A DNA stretch of 63,464 nt, filler included, from Chiloscyllium plagiosum (GCF_004010195.1; 4 parts of one record of this genome joined end to end with filler, not necessarily neighbours in it), one strand, 5' to 3'; shown: positions 1-12,715, numbered from the whole stretch's first letter. Program-made: numbers and translations. The notes: generated by a model from the sequence alone, not told the origin.

Positions 1-164
1 AGACTTCAGTTTTAGGATGGAGAGATGGCAGGAAATTGGAACAGAGGCCGCGTTGACATCAGCCCCATCGAGGGGCTGGATACCTCGCAGATGCTTCTTG
101 TTCTTATTCAACTCTTCTACAGTGTTCGCCCAGGAATGGGGGAGGACTTGGTATCATACAGGAA

Positions 165-1745
165 GCAGGCAGTCAGGATAAATCAGTTAGAGCGAACGTA
201 ACCAGTAAGGTCACACAGTGACCAGCGCTGGGTTCTCAACTATTTACAGTCTATATTAATGTTCAGGAGGATGGAACAGATATTCAGATGCTGAGTTTGG
301 TGATGTCCATAAGACCATGAGGCCATAAGACATAGGAGTGCAAGTAAGGCCATTCGGTCCATCGAGTCCACTCCGCCATTTAATCATAGCTGGTGGGCAT
401 TTCATCTCCACTTACCCGCATTCTCCCCGTACCCTTAATTCCTTGTGACATCAAGAATTTGTCAATCTCTGCCTTGAAGACATTTAGCGACCCGGCCTCC
501 ACTGCACTGCGTGACAATGAATTCCACAGGCCCACCACTCTCTGGCTGAAGAAATGTCTCCGCATTTCTGTTCTGAATTTACCCCCTCTAACTCTAAGGC
601 TGTGCCCACAGTCCTAGTCTCCTCGCCTAACGGAAACAATTTCCGAGCGTCCATCCTTTCCAAGCCGTGTATTATCTTGTAAGTTTCTATTAGTTCTCCC
701 CTTAACCTTCTAAACTCTAATGAATACAATCCCAGGATCGTCAGCCGTTCCTCGTATGTTAGACCTACCATTCCAGGGATCATCCGTGTGAATCTCTGCT
801 GGACATGCTCCAGTGCCAGTATGTCCTTCCTGAGGTGTGGGGCCCAAACCTGGACACCGTACTTCAAATGGGGCCTAACCAGAGCTTTATAAATTCTCAG
901 TAGCACATCGCTGCTTTTATATTCCAACCCTTTTGAGATAAATGACATCATTGCATTCGCTTTCTTAATCATGGATTCAACCTGCATGGTTACCTTTAGA
1001 GAATCCTTGACTAGCACTCCCAGATTCCTTTGTACTTTGGCTTTATGAATTTTCTCACCGTTTTGAAAGTAGTCCATGCTTGTATTCTTTTTTCCAAAGT
1101 GCAAGACCTCGCATTTGCTCACATTGAATTCCATCAGCCATTTCCTGGACCACTCTCCCAAACTGTCTAGATCCTTCTGCAGCCTCCCCACATCCTCAAT
1201 ACTACCTGCCTGTCCACCTAACTTTGTATCATCGGAAAACTTCGCTAGAATGCCCCCAGTCCCTTCATCCAGATCATTAATATATAACGTGAACAGCTGC
1301 GGCCCCAACCACCGAACCCGCGGGACACCGCTCGTCACCGGCTGCCATTCTGAAAAAGAACCTTTTATCCCAACTCTCTGCCTTCTGTTAGACAGCCAAA
1401 TCCTCAATCCATGCCAGTAGTTCACCTCGAACACCATGGACCCTCACCTTTCTCAGCTGCCTCCCGTGTGGCACTTTATCAAAGGCCTTTTGGAAGTCTA
1501 GATAGACCACATCCACTGGGTTTCCCTGGTCTAACCTACTTGTCACCTCTTCAAATAATTGTTATGTCGCTGTGATAAGCAAGAGATTAAATTATCAAGA
1601 GAGGGTGGAGAGTCTGCAAATAGATTCAGAGAGGTAAAGACAATAGATAATAGTTGGGTAGGTGGAATTTAACATTATATAACCTGTCATTCCATATACA
1701 GGAATAATGGAAGGCAGTATGTTACTGAAATAGAGAGGGATGACA
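165..1745 (+). mobile_element. Old, degenerate CR1/L2-type LINE RT fragment (165-306 and about 1560-1745) split by the younger CR1 at 307-1556
   Basis: gtaaccagt..gggttctcaactatttacagtctatattaatg..tttggtgatg resembles [28 protein letters not shown]. It resumes after 1560 with agtctgcaaatagattcagagagg..gtggaatttaac (LQ.D..RL..MEFN-like). Confidence 0.55.
307..1556 (-). mobile_element. 5'-truncated CR1 LINE (RT C-terminal half, 3' UTR and microsatellite tail)
   Basis: ORF 484-1437 has VTSGVP..LGPQLFTLYINDL..KFSDDTK..MEFNVSKCEVLHFG..LVRPHL, typical CR1 ORF2. Tail reads ccataagaccatgaggccataagacatagg on + at 307-336. Confidence 0.95.
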
Positions 1746-1754
1746 GGACTTTAT

Positions 1755-2642
1755 GATACTGTGTACTGGGGGGTTCACTCAGATCCGTTCAGACATGGGA
1801 GGTATTGCTCCATCCCTGATCGTCAGCTCCCAGACACTACAAGTGACCCCATTGCTCTCCGTACACATGGGATACTTTGATGCGATTGATTGGTGGTGGA
1901 GATGGTGTTTTGAAACGTGCATCAAGGGGACGGCCTTTATCCAAGATATATTCATTTCTTTCCACGTGGAGACCCGATGACGATGGGAATGGCTGACTGC
2001 TTCTGAATGAAGAGGCCGTGACTGCTGCCAGGACAGTGGGTATTCACCAACATGATGTACTGTGAATGGGTACACTGTAACATGAATAGAGAGAGAGCTC
2101 CTACAATTCCTCTACCTCTCCCCATTGACATGAGTACTCTGCAGATGGCATGTACACCATCGGGAATCCCACTATACTGGATACACCCGGCAGTTCCCTG
2201 CTGAGGGAGAAACAATCTATTTACCTCATCCACCAAATATATCCTCCATCACCGAATGGTGACATTGATGTTGAGATACTGGGAGATGATGGATATGTCA
2301 CCTCGTCCTGCCTGGAAAGTTCTGGATCATAGAAGCTGAATGAAATAGGGACCCTAACAGCCACTGGCAGCACCATCCTACCCCTGATGTGAATCTGCAG
2401 GTCATGTTGAAGGAGGTGACACTGCTCTATGATCAGCTCCTTGTTCAGTCAGGGTCCCCTCACACTCTGCTCCTGGGTTAAGTGAAGCTTGGGAAGCTGT
2501 TCCTGGAAAACCCGGGGTGGATACAGCAGATTCCTTTCCCCCACACACACTCACGCGTGGTTTCAGAGCTTCCTCTCTCTGTAGGCTCTGCTCCATTTGT
2601 TGTTCATGTTGTAGGCTCAGATGCTGTAACTACAGTCCCCAT
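1755..2642 (-). pseudogene. Decayed PIF/Harbinger transposase (HARBI1/DDE_Tnp_4-like)
   Basis: Minus-strand pieces across frames, in canonical Harbinger order: MGTVV (ATG at 2642), PPRVFQEQL, KELIIEQCHLLQHDL, LPVAVRV..SFY, IMLVNTHCPGSSHGLFI, LDKG.PL, ESNGVTCSVWELTI. Many frameshifts and stops. Confidence 0.8.
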
Positions 2643-2783
2643 GCTCCATACAGTTGGGTCACCAAATCCTCAGGTCTCCCTGAATGTCTGAGGCAGCTCA
2701 CAGCACAACCTCCAGCAAACCATCCCCAGCCCCTTCACTAAATTTTCAATTACAGGAGCCAGTCAGAAACCCCTCGGTACAAG

Positions 2784-5700
2784 TGTTGTGGACCAGACCA
2801 GATCCCCTCGGAATGTTTTAAGAAGGCCGCTTAGACCCAAACCTTTCCTTATTTTGAATGTAGATGTGAAGTGTGCCTTATAGATATGTTGTGACTGGTC
2901 AAACCACTCGACAGTAAGCAAAATATAATCTATAAAAATGCTTCAGTTAAAATACAATCAAAGGAAAGAAAATTTTGGGATGGCTTATATGTTGGAACAC
3001 TTACACAAACATTAGATACCGTACCTTCATGGTTTACACCGCTTGGCACAATCCAGGAGGAAACAAAATGAACAGAGATCTCAGAGAAAAGCAGCTAGGT
3101 ATCCTGTAATAGAACTTCCAACCCTTTTGAGATCCCTAGCAGCTTCTAAATGCTTCAGCTAAAAATAAAATGAGAAACCCTGGTCTGGGAAAGCTGGCCA
3201 CTGCCCATCCATTGTTATCACCGTTTTAATGAAACCTAAAGGCTTTCTCAGTTATTTACTTGAAGTGTTTTCAGACAGCAGTTCTGCACCTCTGCCTTTA
3301 AAAACTATCTTAAAAAAAAACAAGAGAAAATACAGTGGTAATATTCTCACAACTCCATCTTTAATAAAATAATCCATCAATATATAAATGTGAATTTATT
3401 TTAGACCTCCTAACATTCCTCTATTAGAAGACTGAAATGCATATACTTTACATTGACTCTGAGCATACAATTGTTCACAACTAGTTTCGATTTCAGTCAT
3501 TTTACTCCTGCCACAGAATGCCTTTATCTTTCTTCATCCAAGTCTCCACAACGTGTCAAAACTTAGGTTTTCTCGCCCTGTCACCTGTATAATCTCAAAT
3601 TGAACGACAGCAATAATAAGATCAATCGAAACAGACTGGTATTTTTCTCCCTAAACTTCTCCAAAAACTTGAAGAGATCACGACCAGTGGTAAATGCTTG
3701 TCTCATGTATGTTATTCGAAATTTAAATGCTGTAATGTTGTAACGCCAACACCAAGCTCAAAGCCTCCTTCTCCATTGTGGAATAAATCTGTTGATGTTT
3801 CCAATGGACACTCCAATTACACGTTACATAATGAAGCACTTCCCATCTCTCCAATAGTCCTTCTGAATGGCATAGCTCCTCATGTCTCACCATAAAAGAG
3901 TTATGTACTTCTGTATGTCTTAATGCTCTAATCTCTTTACCTGCTACTCCTGGCCTATACCAATAAACCTGACTCTCACAGGTATATGTTTTAAGAAGAT
4001 CTCGCACATTCTTCTCAATCTCTCACAGAAACCAAACTTTGATTTCTGAACTTAATCATCATCATCAGACATTTCAGCTTCTAATCTTGTCATTGTTACT
4101 CTCTGCTCTTCCACACGAGTTCTCACGACTGCAGGAAGTGAATTATTGAACGTCTCCAAAATAAGAATCTCTCCAAGAGGGTCATAGGTTTGCTTTGTTT
4201 TAAATACCCTTACCCACATTTCAAAATTACTTTGTTTGATCCTTTCAAACTCAATGTGCGTTTAACCAGGGACCCTTTTTAAGGTTCCTGAAACGCTGTC
4301 TGTCAGCTTCTGGCACAAGCTCATATGTACTTCAGATGGCTTTCTTCATCACCTCATACTGGCCAGATACTTCCGCCGATAGGGATGCAAACACCTACCA
4401 GCTTTGTTTGGATCAACTAATTTCTCATGGTCACTGAACACTGCATTTGTTTAGCCACTTTCTCAAATGAAATTCCAAAGGCTTCTCCATCCTTCTCATC
4501 AAATTTAGATAATGCCTGGATGTATTTAAACAGAACCCCATGAGGCCATTGGTTACAATAGGGTTGTTCAACCTCACTATCCTCCACATCCTGCCGACCG
4601 TCTGCCTTCATCTCCGCCTTCTATGTCAACTTTCCTCTAACAGCTAACTTTTTAAGTTGAAAGTCTCTGTTCTTCTTCTGTCCTTTTCTCTCTTTCTTGT
4701 TCATTTTTTTCGTTTTCTTTTATTTCTGTTTTTCATCATAATTCAAACTGTTTCAATTCCTTCTCATGCTCAAAGTGCCTCATTTGAAATTGAATTCCAG
4801 CCATTTCCAAAGAGTCTGATGGCGGTTCCACCAAATGTAATTGCCAAGCTATAGCTGTAATTATCTCTCATTTTCTCACAGACAAACGCAACCACAACTC
4901 CAGCTTGTCTGTTAATTCCTACAGCTTTGCCTTCATTACCTTTTGTAAAACCCCCTTCTTCACTTCTTCCACACCGAGAAAACTCTTAATGACTGAAAAA
5001 ATCTTTATACATAAAACACTGTTTAAACCAACCGAATTCAACATCTGGAACAAAAGACGCTAACAGCTACCATACACGACCTTTGAACGCAATAGTCTCC
5101 CGGTGCATAACCTCCAGTGTCTGCGTGAGCTTATTCTGGATTCTCTGGTTTCCTCCCACAATCCAAAGATGGGCATGTCAGGTAATTTGGTCATGCCAAA
5201 TTGTTCATAGTTTTCAGGGATGTGTGGGTTGGGTGCCTAATCTGGGTAAATGTGTAATAATAGGGTAGAGGAATGGGTCTGGGTAGGTTACTCCTCGGAG
5301 GGTCGGTGTGGATTTGTTGGGTCGAATGGCCTGTTTGCACACTGTAGGGATTGTAATTCTAAACACAATTTGGTATTATTGACTTCGAACAAGACAAGAG
5401 TTCCCAGTTTACTAAAGACCAACCGGACTGCCTCAAACTAGTTTAAGAAGGTAGCTTGGATGCCAACATTTTCTTATTTTAAAGGTAGATGTGTAGTGGG
5501 TGTTCCAGATGAGATGTTACTAGTCAAACCACTCACCATTAAGTAAAACACAATGTATTTAAACACTCTAATGAAAATCCATTCAAAATGACGAGAAATT
5601 TAGAATAATTTAACTATTGGAAACTTTAACCGAATAATGGATACAGTACCTTCTGCAGATGAACTGTTCCATTATACTAACATGCCATAAACACACCCCT

Positions 5701-5958
5701 TGGCAAAAAGGTACATTCAGACATACATTCTTGCATATAGTTCACCAATCCAGGATGAATCAGCATCAAGTCAGGTTTCAGAGAGAATAGCAGCTGGAGA
5801 TCCTTTACTAGGCCGTTGTTACTCCTATTTATTAAAAACCCTAAAAGTGTCGTAAGTTATTTACTTGAGCCGTTTCAGCAGGAAGTTTGGCCTTTAAGAT
5901 CTCCTATTTAAAGAAAGGAGAAAATAACTTTTTTTTAAAAAGTGACAGCATTGTCACA
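2784..5958 (-). mobile_element. Gypsy (Gmr1-like) LTR retrotransposon relic with two LTRs, gag and RNase H fragments; internally deleted
   Basis: Similar LTRs at about 2784-3351 and 5408-5958, both ending in tcaca on +. Purine tract next to 3351 on the minus strand. gag-like KFDEKDGEAFGISFEKVAKQM (ORF 4417-4611). RNase H YSTMEKEALSLVLALQH (ORF 3723-4007) and IIQVTGREN..DTLWRL near 3540-3600. Flanks CAAG/CAAT could be a 4-bp TSD. Confidence 0.85.
5105..5362 (+). mobile_element. HE1-type V-SINE (5'-truncated) inserted in the LTR element
   Basis: V-SINE core ggtttcctcccacaatccaaagatg and CR1-like tail ggagggtcggtgtgga..ggcctgtttgcacactgtaggga. Confidence 0.85.
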
Positions 5959-7597
5959 CAATTTAGATACCTGGTCCTTTACTCTTGGAGCTTCCTCGTG
6001 CTACTGATCGCAAGGTCACCTGAGAGGGATAAATTCAGGTACAGACCAAGTTACAAGGATGTGTCTCATAACTTCTGAAACACCCCTGTCCATGGACCAT
6101 CACGTGGGACATACAGGGAAGTGAACAACAGCCTGACACACACCATTTCACTGTTTCTCAGCGTCAAAATGATTGCACTCGATACACTAGGGAGCCAAAA
6201 GCAAAGGCCAGGGAAAGGTACAGAAGGACAGAAAGATTCACATTAAACAGACAGTTACTTAACTGAAAAGATGTTGTGGAAATATGGGGAAAAAGACAGG
6301 GCAGTGGGACTAACTGGAGAAGTGAGATCTTCGACAGAAAACTTACAAGAATGAGAACATTGAATACAGGCATTGTCAGATCAGCTGGAATGGTTTGTTC
6401 CATCAAATTCTGAATCTGCTTCACAGAACACCACAAACAACATAAACTGGGACAAGATGATGCAGACCATGCTAGTGTGTTGCTCAGTAAACTGCACTAA
6501 CTGCCCAGCATAGAGAGTATTGCAAACTTTACTATCATATGCTAACCATACTCGCATCAGATTACTGCCTACAATGGGAAGATTTGCTGTGTGTGTGTGT
6601 GTTAATCAGAAACTGAGAGAGTGCGTGTATGTGCGCGATTGGCGTGGTTGAATGCGAAACTCATTGATTGAGAAGGAACGCACATGGAGGAAACTATTTT
6701 AAATACGAACAACTGGCAGACTTTTTGTAAATCAACAGAGAGAGAACAAGAGAAGTTTCATGGACAGATGAGATAAAGTGTTTGAGAATGTCAAAATAAA
6801 GGCATTGCCAGACACAATAGCAATATACATCGGCGTTCACATGAATGACAGATAGATGGGAGTTTGGTGTGAGGTCGAATCAGTGTTGCTTTGGCAGGTT
6901 TGAAGCCGGAGCGTCAGCGGCAGATTTTTGGCTTCCTTAAGACTGTATATAATAGCTCAAGGTTCAAACAGGAGATGGAATAAGCCAGTGAGATATATTC
7001 TGGACTGGTGGGTATTTCAAGTTAGAAATGGTCATGGTATGGTGTCAGGAATCAGCTCATGGTCAAAGGGATCACCCACAGTTGTGACTTGTCTGCTTCA
7101 GTCGCAGATATTGGCTCGGGATGAGAGGGAAACAGTGGCAGGAAGTGGATTTTGTAACCAGAACAGTAGAGAATGATCTCCATGCTGTTAATACTTCAAT
7201 AACAAGGGCAATGATACAATAAATTGTAGTTCTCCGCTGAAACTGCGTAGGTCAACATAGAGACCCATGAGTAACAATGTCAGAGCAGAGACAGAGAGAC
7301 AGGAATTGAACACATTTATTGATGTAGTTAGGAGGAGTCTGAAGAGTGAATCTATGGATTGAGAGTTTCAACAGGAAGATAATAGGGACAAAAAGTGTAG
7401 ACTATATGAAAGAACAAAAATACAGTCATAACTGGTTCATAGAAAAAATATCTGGACAGTGACACTTACCAGGAACACCGGCGATAGCCAGGAAAGGATA
7501 ATAAATATATTGAATAATGAGAAGAGCATGATAGATCCGCAATGATAATGACAACCAATTAAATGCAGAATGATACCAAACATAATTAGATAAACTC

Positions 7598-7690
7598 CTG
7601 TCTATTGTTGGAACATGCCAGTCTAATATTCCCAGATTATGATACATTTTTGGAACATTCCAGTCTAATGTTCCCAGATTCTGATCCATC
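7598..7690. repeat. About 42-bp minisatellite (inverted paralog of 40645-40775)
   Basis: Repeated ttggaacat(g/t)ccagtctaat(a/g)ttcccagatt. Confidence 0.75.
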
Positions 7691-8828
7691 ACCGCACAAC
7701 AATCAACAGACAGGAGTGTTCCCTCCCAGTTGGGGAACATTTCAGTGGTCCAGGTTATTCAACCTCGGACCTTCTGGTGACCATCCTCCAAAGCGGACTT
7801 CAGGACAGACAGCAGCGAAAAGTGGCCGAGCAGAGGCTGATAGCTAATTTCGATACACACAGGGAGGGCCTCAACCGGGACCTTGGGTTCGTGTCACAGT
7901 ACAATTAACCGCCATTGCACTATACACACACACACAGGCACTCCTATACACACAAATACATACGGACACACATGGTCGCAGACACGCACACAGACACTCA
8001 CACACACCCTTACAGACACACATACACTCCCACACTCACATGGCATGCTCTCAGAGACTTAGACCACTCTACACTCATGCACACACATATACACTCTCTC
8101 TCACTGATAGTCAAAATCCCCCACCCTAGACACGCACACACACTCCCGCACTCACACATGCACCCCGTCACAGACTTAAGATACTCTACATCACTACACA
8201 CATATATACATTCTCTCTTACATTCACAACCCCCCAACCCAGACAGTCAGACACACAAACCGACAAAGACCCACATGCACACATATATGTTGTGTGATGA
8301 ATTTGTATTTGCAGAGTTACATTGTAGTTTGCTCAAAAACTGCATGAATTCATATAAAACTCTGACCTCAAAAACTGTATGGCTTCATGTAAAACTCTGT
8401 TATCTCACTTTTCAGATTAGAATCAATCTAAACATCATGGCATAGACAGAGAACACAGGGGGCTAACACCTTCAACATATTGTCTAGCTAAAACTCACTG
8501 TTATAGCTAACCTGAGAATGCAACATCTTTTAAATAAAAAGGTTTTGTGATTTACACATGAAAGAAGTGAAACTATCATGGTATTCAAACAGATGAAAGA
8601 CTCAACGGACAATCAAGGTATTTTTCAATGTATAATTTCAGTTAGATCACACCGTAAATTTTTACTATAAATTCTGTGCCTTAGAAGTGTGTCCTCCACT
8701 ATCACCTGATGAAGGAGCGTCGCTCCGAAAGCTACTGTGCTTCCAATTAAACCTGTTGGACTATAACTTGGTGTTGTGTGATTTTTAACTTTGTACACCC
8801 CAGTCCAACACCGGCATCTCCAAATCAT
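7690..8828 (+). mobile_element. Penelope-like element 3' end (GIY-YIG C-terminus, CA-rich UTR, terminal repeat)
   Basis: HRTTINRQECSLPVGEHFSGPG..AEQRLIANFDTHREGLNRDLGFVSQY, then a CA-rich tract at 7915-8290 and a pLTR ending ccagtccaacaccggcatctccaaatcat. Confidence 0.85.
8701..8740 (+). ncRNA. Minimal hammerhead ribozyme motif in PLE terminal repeat
   Basis: cac CTGATGA a GGAGC gtc GCTCC GAAA gcta: both core boxes with a perfect 5-bp stem II. The 3' strand of stem I looks disturbed. Confidence 0.65.
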
Positions 8829-9639
8829 GACTGAGCAAACAGGCTCAATTAACCAGTTCCACACATCACTTTTCATATTACTACAAAAGAGAACATTTAC
8901 TGGGTTTGGATGGAATGGATNNNNNNNNNNNNNNNNNNNNNNNNNNNNNNNNNNNNNNNNNNNNNNNNNNNNNNNNNNNNNNNNNNNNNNNNNNNNNNNN
9001 NNNNNNNNNNNNNNNNNNNNNNNNNNNNNNNNNNNNNNNNNNNNNNNNNNNNNNNNNNNNNNNNNNNNNNNNNNNNNNNNNNNNNNNNNNNNNNNNNNNN
9101 NNNNNNNNNNNNNNNNNNNNNNNNNNNNNNNNNNNNNNNNNNNNNNNNNNNNNNNNNNNNNNNNNNNNNNNNNNNNNNNNNNNNNNNNNNNNNNNNNNNN
9201 NNNNNNNNNNNNNNNNNNNNNNNNNNNNNNNNNNNNNNNNNNNNNNNNNNNNNNNNNNNNNNNNNNNNNNNNNNNNNNNNNNNNNNNNNNNNNNNNNNNN
9301 NGCACATTTTGCCAACAGAATCATTCAAAACAAAGAGATGTGTTGCTGCAGCTATATGAGGTGTTACTGAGAGGGCACCTGGAGTACATTGCGTTGGTTG
9401 TGTTTCTGTAACTGAGAAGGGATGGACCTCCATCAGCTACAGGTTAACGGCTGCTCGTAATCCACGGGTTGCTGTCTCATTTAATGTCTCAGGTCTGTCA
9501 CACAAGGGGAGGAGGAGGCCATTCAGCCTTTCCAGTCTATTACAGAGGGCCACGAGGAGCCCATTCAGCCTCTCGAGCCTGTTACGGAGGGGCAGGAAGT
9601 GTTTCTTTAACTTTCTGTTACGCATAAATATTAGTTTTA

Positions 9640-12180
9640 AATTAGTTTTCGAATAGGAAAGACCTGATGTACACATTAAAGTTCTAACTTTGAACAAGGC
9701 CAATTTTGAAAGTGTTAGGCGAGCCCTGTGAAAGGCTAATTGGAATACCCTATTCACAGGTAAAGGGACGGTTGGAAAATGCAAGGCCATCAAAACTTGG
9801 TTTCAGAGAGTCCAGAGCCAACATGTTTCTATTAGTGATATGGGCAAGGATGGTGGGTGCAGGGAGTGCTGGATGGCTAGATATATTGATGCTCTGGTCA
9901 AGGTAAGGAAGGAGGCATTCGTCAGGTAAACAGAGCTCAGATAAAGTTAATCCTGAGAGGATTATGAGGGAAGTAAGTGCATAGTCAACGGGGAAATCGG
10001 GCCAGAAAAATGTGGGCGTGAGATGGCTTTAGAAATAGGGTTAACGAGGCATAGAAGAAATTCTACAAATCCTTTAATGGCAAAATATTAACTTGGGAGA
10101 GAACAGGGCCCCTTAAAGATCAGTAAGACTGCCTATGTGTGGAACCACAGTAGATTGGAGGGATACAAAACAAGCATTTCTCCTCAGTATTTAATGAGGA
10201 GGAGATAACCAGAGTGAGAGAATGAATAAATATATAGTGATAAATTGAGAATTGTCTATATTACAAAGAGGTGTTTGACATTTTAAAACACATAAAGATG
10301 AACAAATCACTGGGAGCTGATTGGTTGTATCCCAAATGTTTGTGGGAAGCTAGGAAAGAGATTGGTCAGCATTTTGCTAATATATTTGTATCATTAATTT
10401 CCACAGGTGAGGTGTCAAAAGACTGGAGGGCTGCTAACATGGTGTCATTATTTAAGAAAGTAAGGAAAACAACAGGTAACTATAGATCGGTGAGACTGAC
10501 GTCAATGGTGACTAAATTGTTGGAGGGGATTTTGTGGGAAAGAATGTACATGCATTTGAAAAGACAAGGACTGAAGAGGGCTTTGTACATTGGAGATCAC
10601 GTCTCACTGACTTGGTGTAATTTTTTGAGGAAGTGATGAAGATAAATGATGAAAGCGGGTCAGTGGATGTTGTTTTTTTGGAATTCAGGAAGAAAACCAA
10701 AATGTTCTACATGGTAGACTAGTTAGCAAGTTTAGACTGCCTGGGATCCAGAGAGAACTCGCCATTTAGATGCAACATTTTCTTGAATATTGGAGACAGG
10801 GCGTTTCAGGGGACATTTGTTCATTAAACTTGGAGATCTGTGACCAGTGGCGTGCCGCAAAGATCAATAATGGGTCCACTGCATTTTGTCACTTATACAA
10901 ATCATTTGCATTTGAGTATATGAAGTATGGTCAGCAAGTTTGTAGATAATAACAAATTTGGTGGTATCGTCGACAGTGAAGAATGATCTCTCAGACTATA
11001 ATGAGACCTTGTTTAGGTGAACCGAGGAGTGGCAGATAGAGTATATTTTAGTTACATGTGAGGTGTTGCATTTTGGCAAGACAAATCAAGTCAAGGCATA
11101 TAGGTAGTGCCCTGTCGAAAGCTGCCAATGAATGAGAACGCCACAGAAATTATCGAATTCCTATAGTTAGGAAACAGGCTTTTCGGCCCATCGAGGCCAC
11201 ACCGACCCTTTAAACAGTATCCCACTCTACAAACACCTGCTCTATCCCTCTGAGCCTGCATTTCCTATGGCTAATCCACCTCGCCTACACATCCCTAGGT
11301 ACTATACACAATTTAGCATGGCCAATCTACCCTTATCTGTGTATCCTTATACTGTCGGAGTAAAACATAGCACCCGGAGGAAACTCACGCAGACACGGGG
11401 AGAATGTGCAAACTCCACACAGCCAGTCATTCAAGGATGGAATTAAACCCAGGTCGCTGCCCTGTGAGGCTGCAAAGCGAGCCTAGTGGTGCAGGTTCTT
11501 CGTTCCTTAAAAGTGCTGTCACAGATAGATAGCGCAGTGAAGAAGGCATTTGGTGATCTTCCTTTTATTGGTGCGTGCTCTGAGTCGAAGTATTTGCATG
11601 ACAAAATCTGGACAGGACATTGGTTTGGCCACTTTTGTAATATTGCCTTTAATTCTGGTCTCCCTGCTGTCGGAAAGGCGTTGTCAAACTTGAAAAGGTG
11701 CAGAAGATATTTAAAAGAATGTTGCAGGTGTTGGAGGGTTAGATTTACAGGGGGAGTTTGAATAGGCTGGGATTATTTTCAAGTGATGAGGTTGAGGGGT
11801 GACCTTAAAGAGGTTTATAAAATCATGAGGGCATAGATAAGGTAAACAGTCAATGTCTTTTCCCAGGATAGAAGAGTCCAGAATTAGAAGACAAAGGTTT
11901 AAGGTGAGAGGAGAAAGATTTAAAAAGGGGCATGAGGGACAACATTTTCACACACAGACTGCTGTGTGTATGGATTGAACAGCCAAAAGATGTTGTGGAG
12001 GCAGGTACAGTTACACCATTTAAAAGGCATTTGGATGGATATATGCATGGGAAGTTTGTAGATGGAGATAGGCCAATTGCTGGCAAGGGAGACGAGATTA
12101 ATTTAGGATATTTGGTTGGTATCGATGACCAGACCGAACGATCTTTTTCCGTGCCGTACATCTCTGAGAGTCTATTGATT
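9640..12180 (+). mobile_element. Degenerate CR1 LINE ORF2 and 3' end, interrupted by a SINE at about 11137-11478
   Basis: DWRAANMVSLFKK..GNYRSVRLTSMVTKLLEGIL (ORF 10271-10636) and VVEAGTVTPFKRHLDGYM (ORF 11932). Confidence 0.9.
11137..11478 (-). mobile_element. HE1-type V-SINE
   Basis: Reverse complement of V-SINE core cacccggaggaaactcacgcagacacggggagaatgtgcaaactccacac and tRNA-like head ccctgtgaggc. Confidence 0.9.
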
Positions 12181-12624
12181 CTTCAGTGTATAACACGGGA
12201 ACAGGAGGAGGCTATTCAGCATCTGAATTCTGCCAATCGGCTTGTTTGCTCAATTACTGAGAGTCAAATACAAAAATACATCATTCAGACTTTGATGGTG
12301 TTTCACTGAAACAGGAGAAAGGCCTTTAGTCAAGAAAAGCTGTGAAGTATGTGAAGAGGCCATTCAGTCGCTCCACTCCATTCCACAGGAGCAGCAGGTG
12401 AGCACAGAGCTATTGGAGCCTGTTACTCATGCGCAAGAGGAGGACATGTATTTCCACAAACTTGGGATCAGGAGGCAATCAATAAACTGCTTGATTCTGG
12501 AACACAGGAACAGGAGAATCAATATATGAATAAATTGCATTTGTGGTCGATTCAAACCTGCCCCACCATTCACTAAGATCACGGCTGATCTGATGGTGAT
12601 TCCCTTATTCCATTTTACGGAGAC

Positions 12625-12715
12625 TGTCCTCTCTGCAGCCTCTGCTCCATTTGTTGGTCATGTTGCAGACCCAGATGCTGCAACAACAGTCACCATGACC
12701 CATCCAGAGGATCGG
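12625..12715 (-). mobile_element. Short fragment of the Harbinger transposase 5' end
   Basis: ctctgctccatttgttggtcatgttgcagacccagatgctgcaacaacagtcaccatg matches 2585-2645. Confidence 0.7.

Noticed and set aside
7915..8445. His/Thr-rich ORFs (also 41854-42208 and 44548-45063) and the Val/Cys-rich ORF at 50540
   Set aside because: Translations of CA/TG microsatellite-like tracts.
8625..9433. Long ORFs containing X runs (also about 33.4-34.0, 37.4-37.9 and 48.7-49.4 kb)
   Set aside because: They are open only because they cross N gaps.
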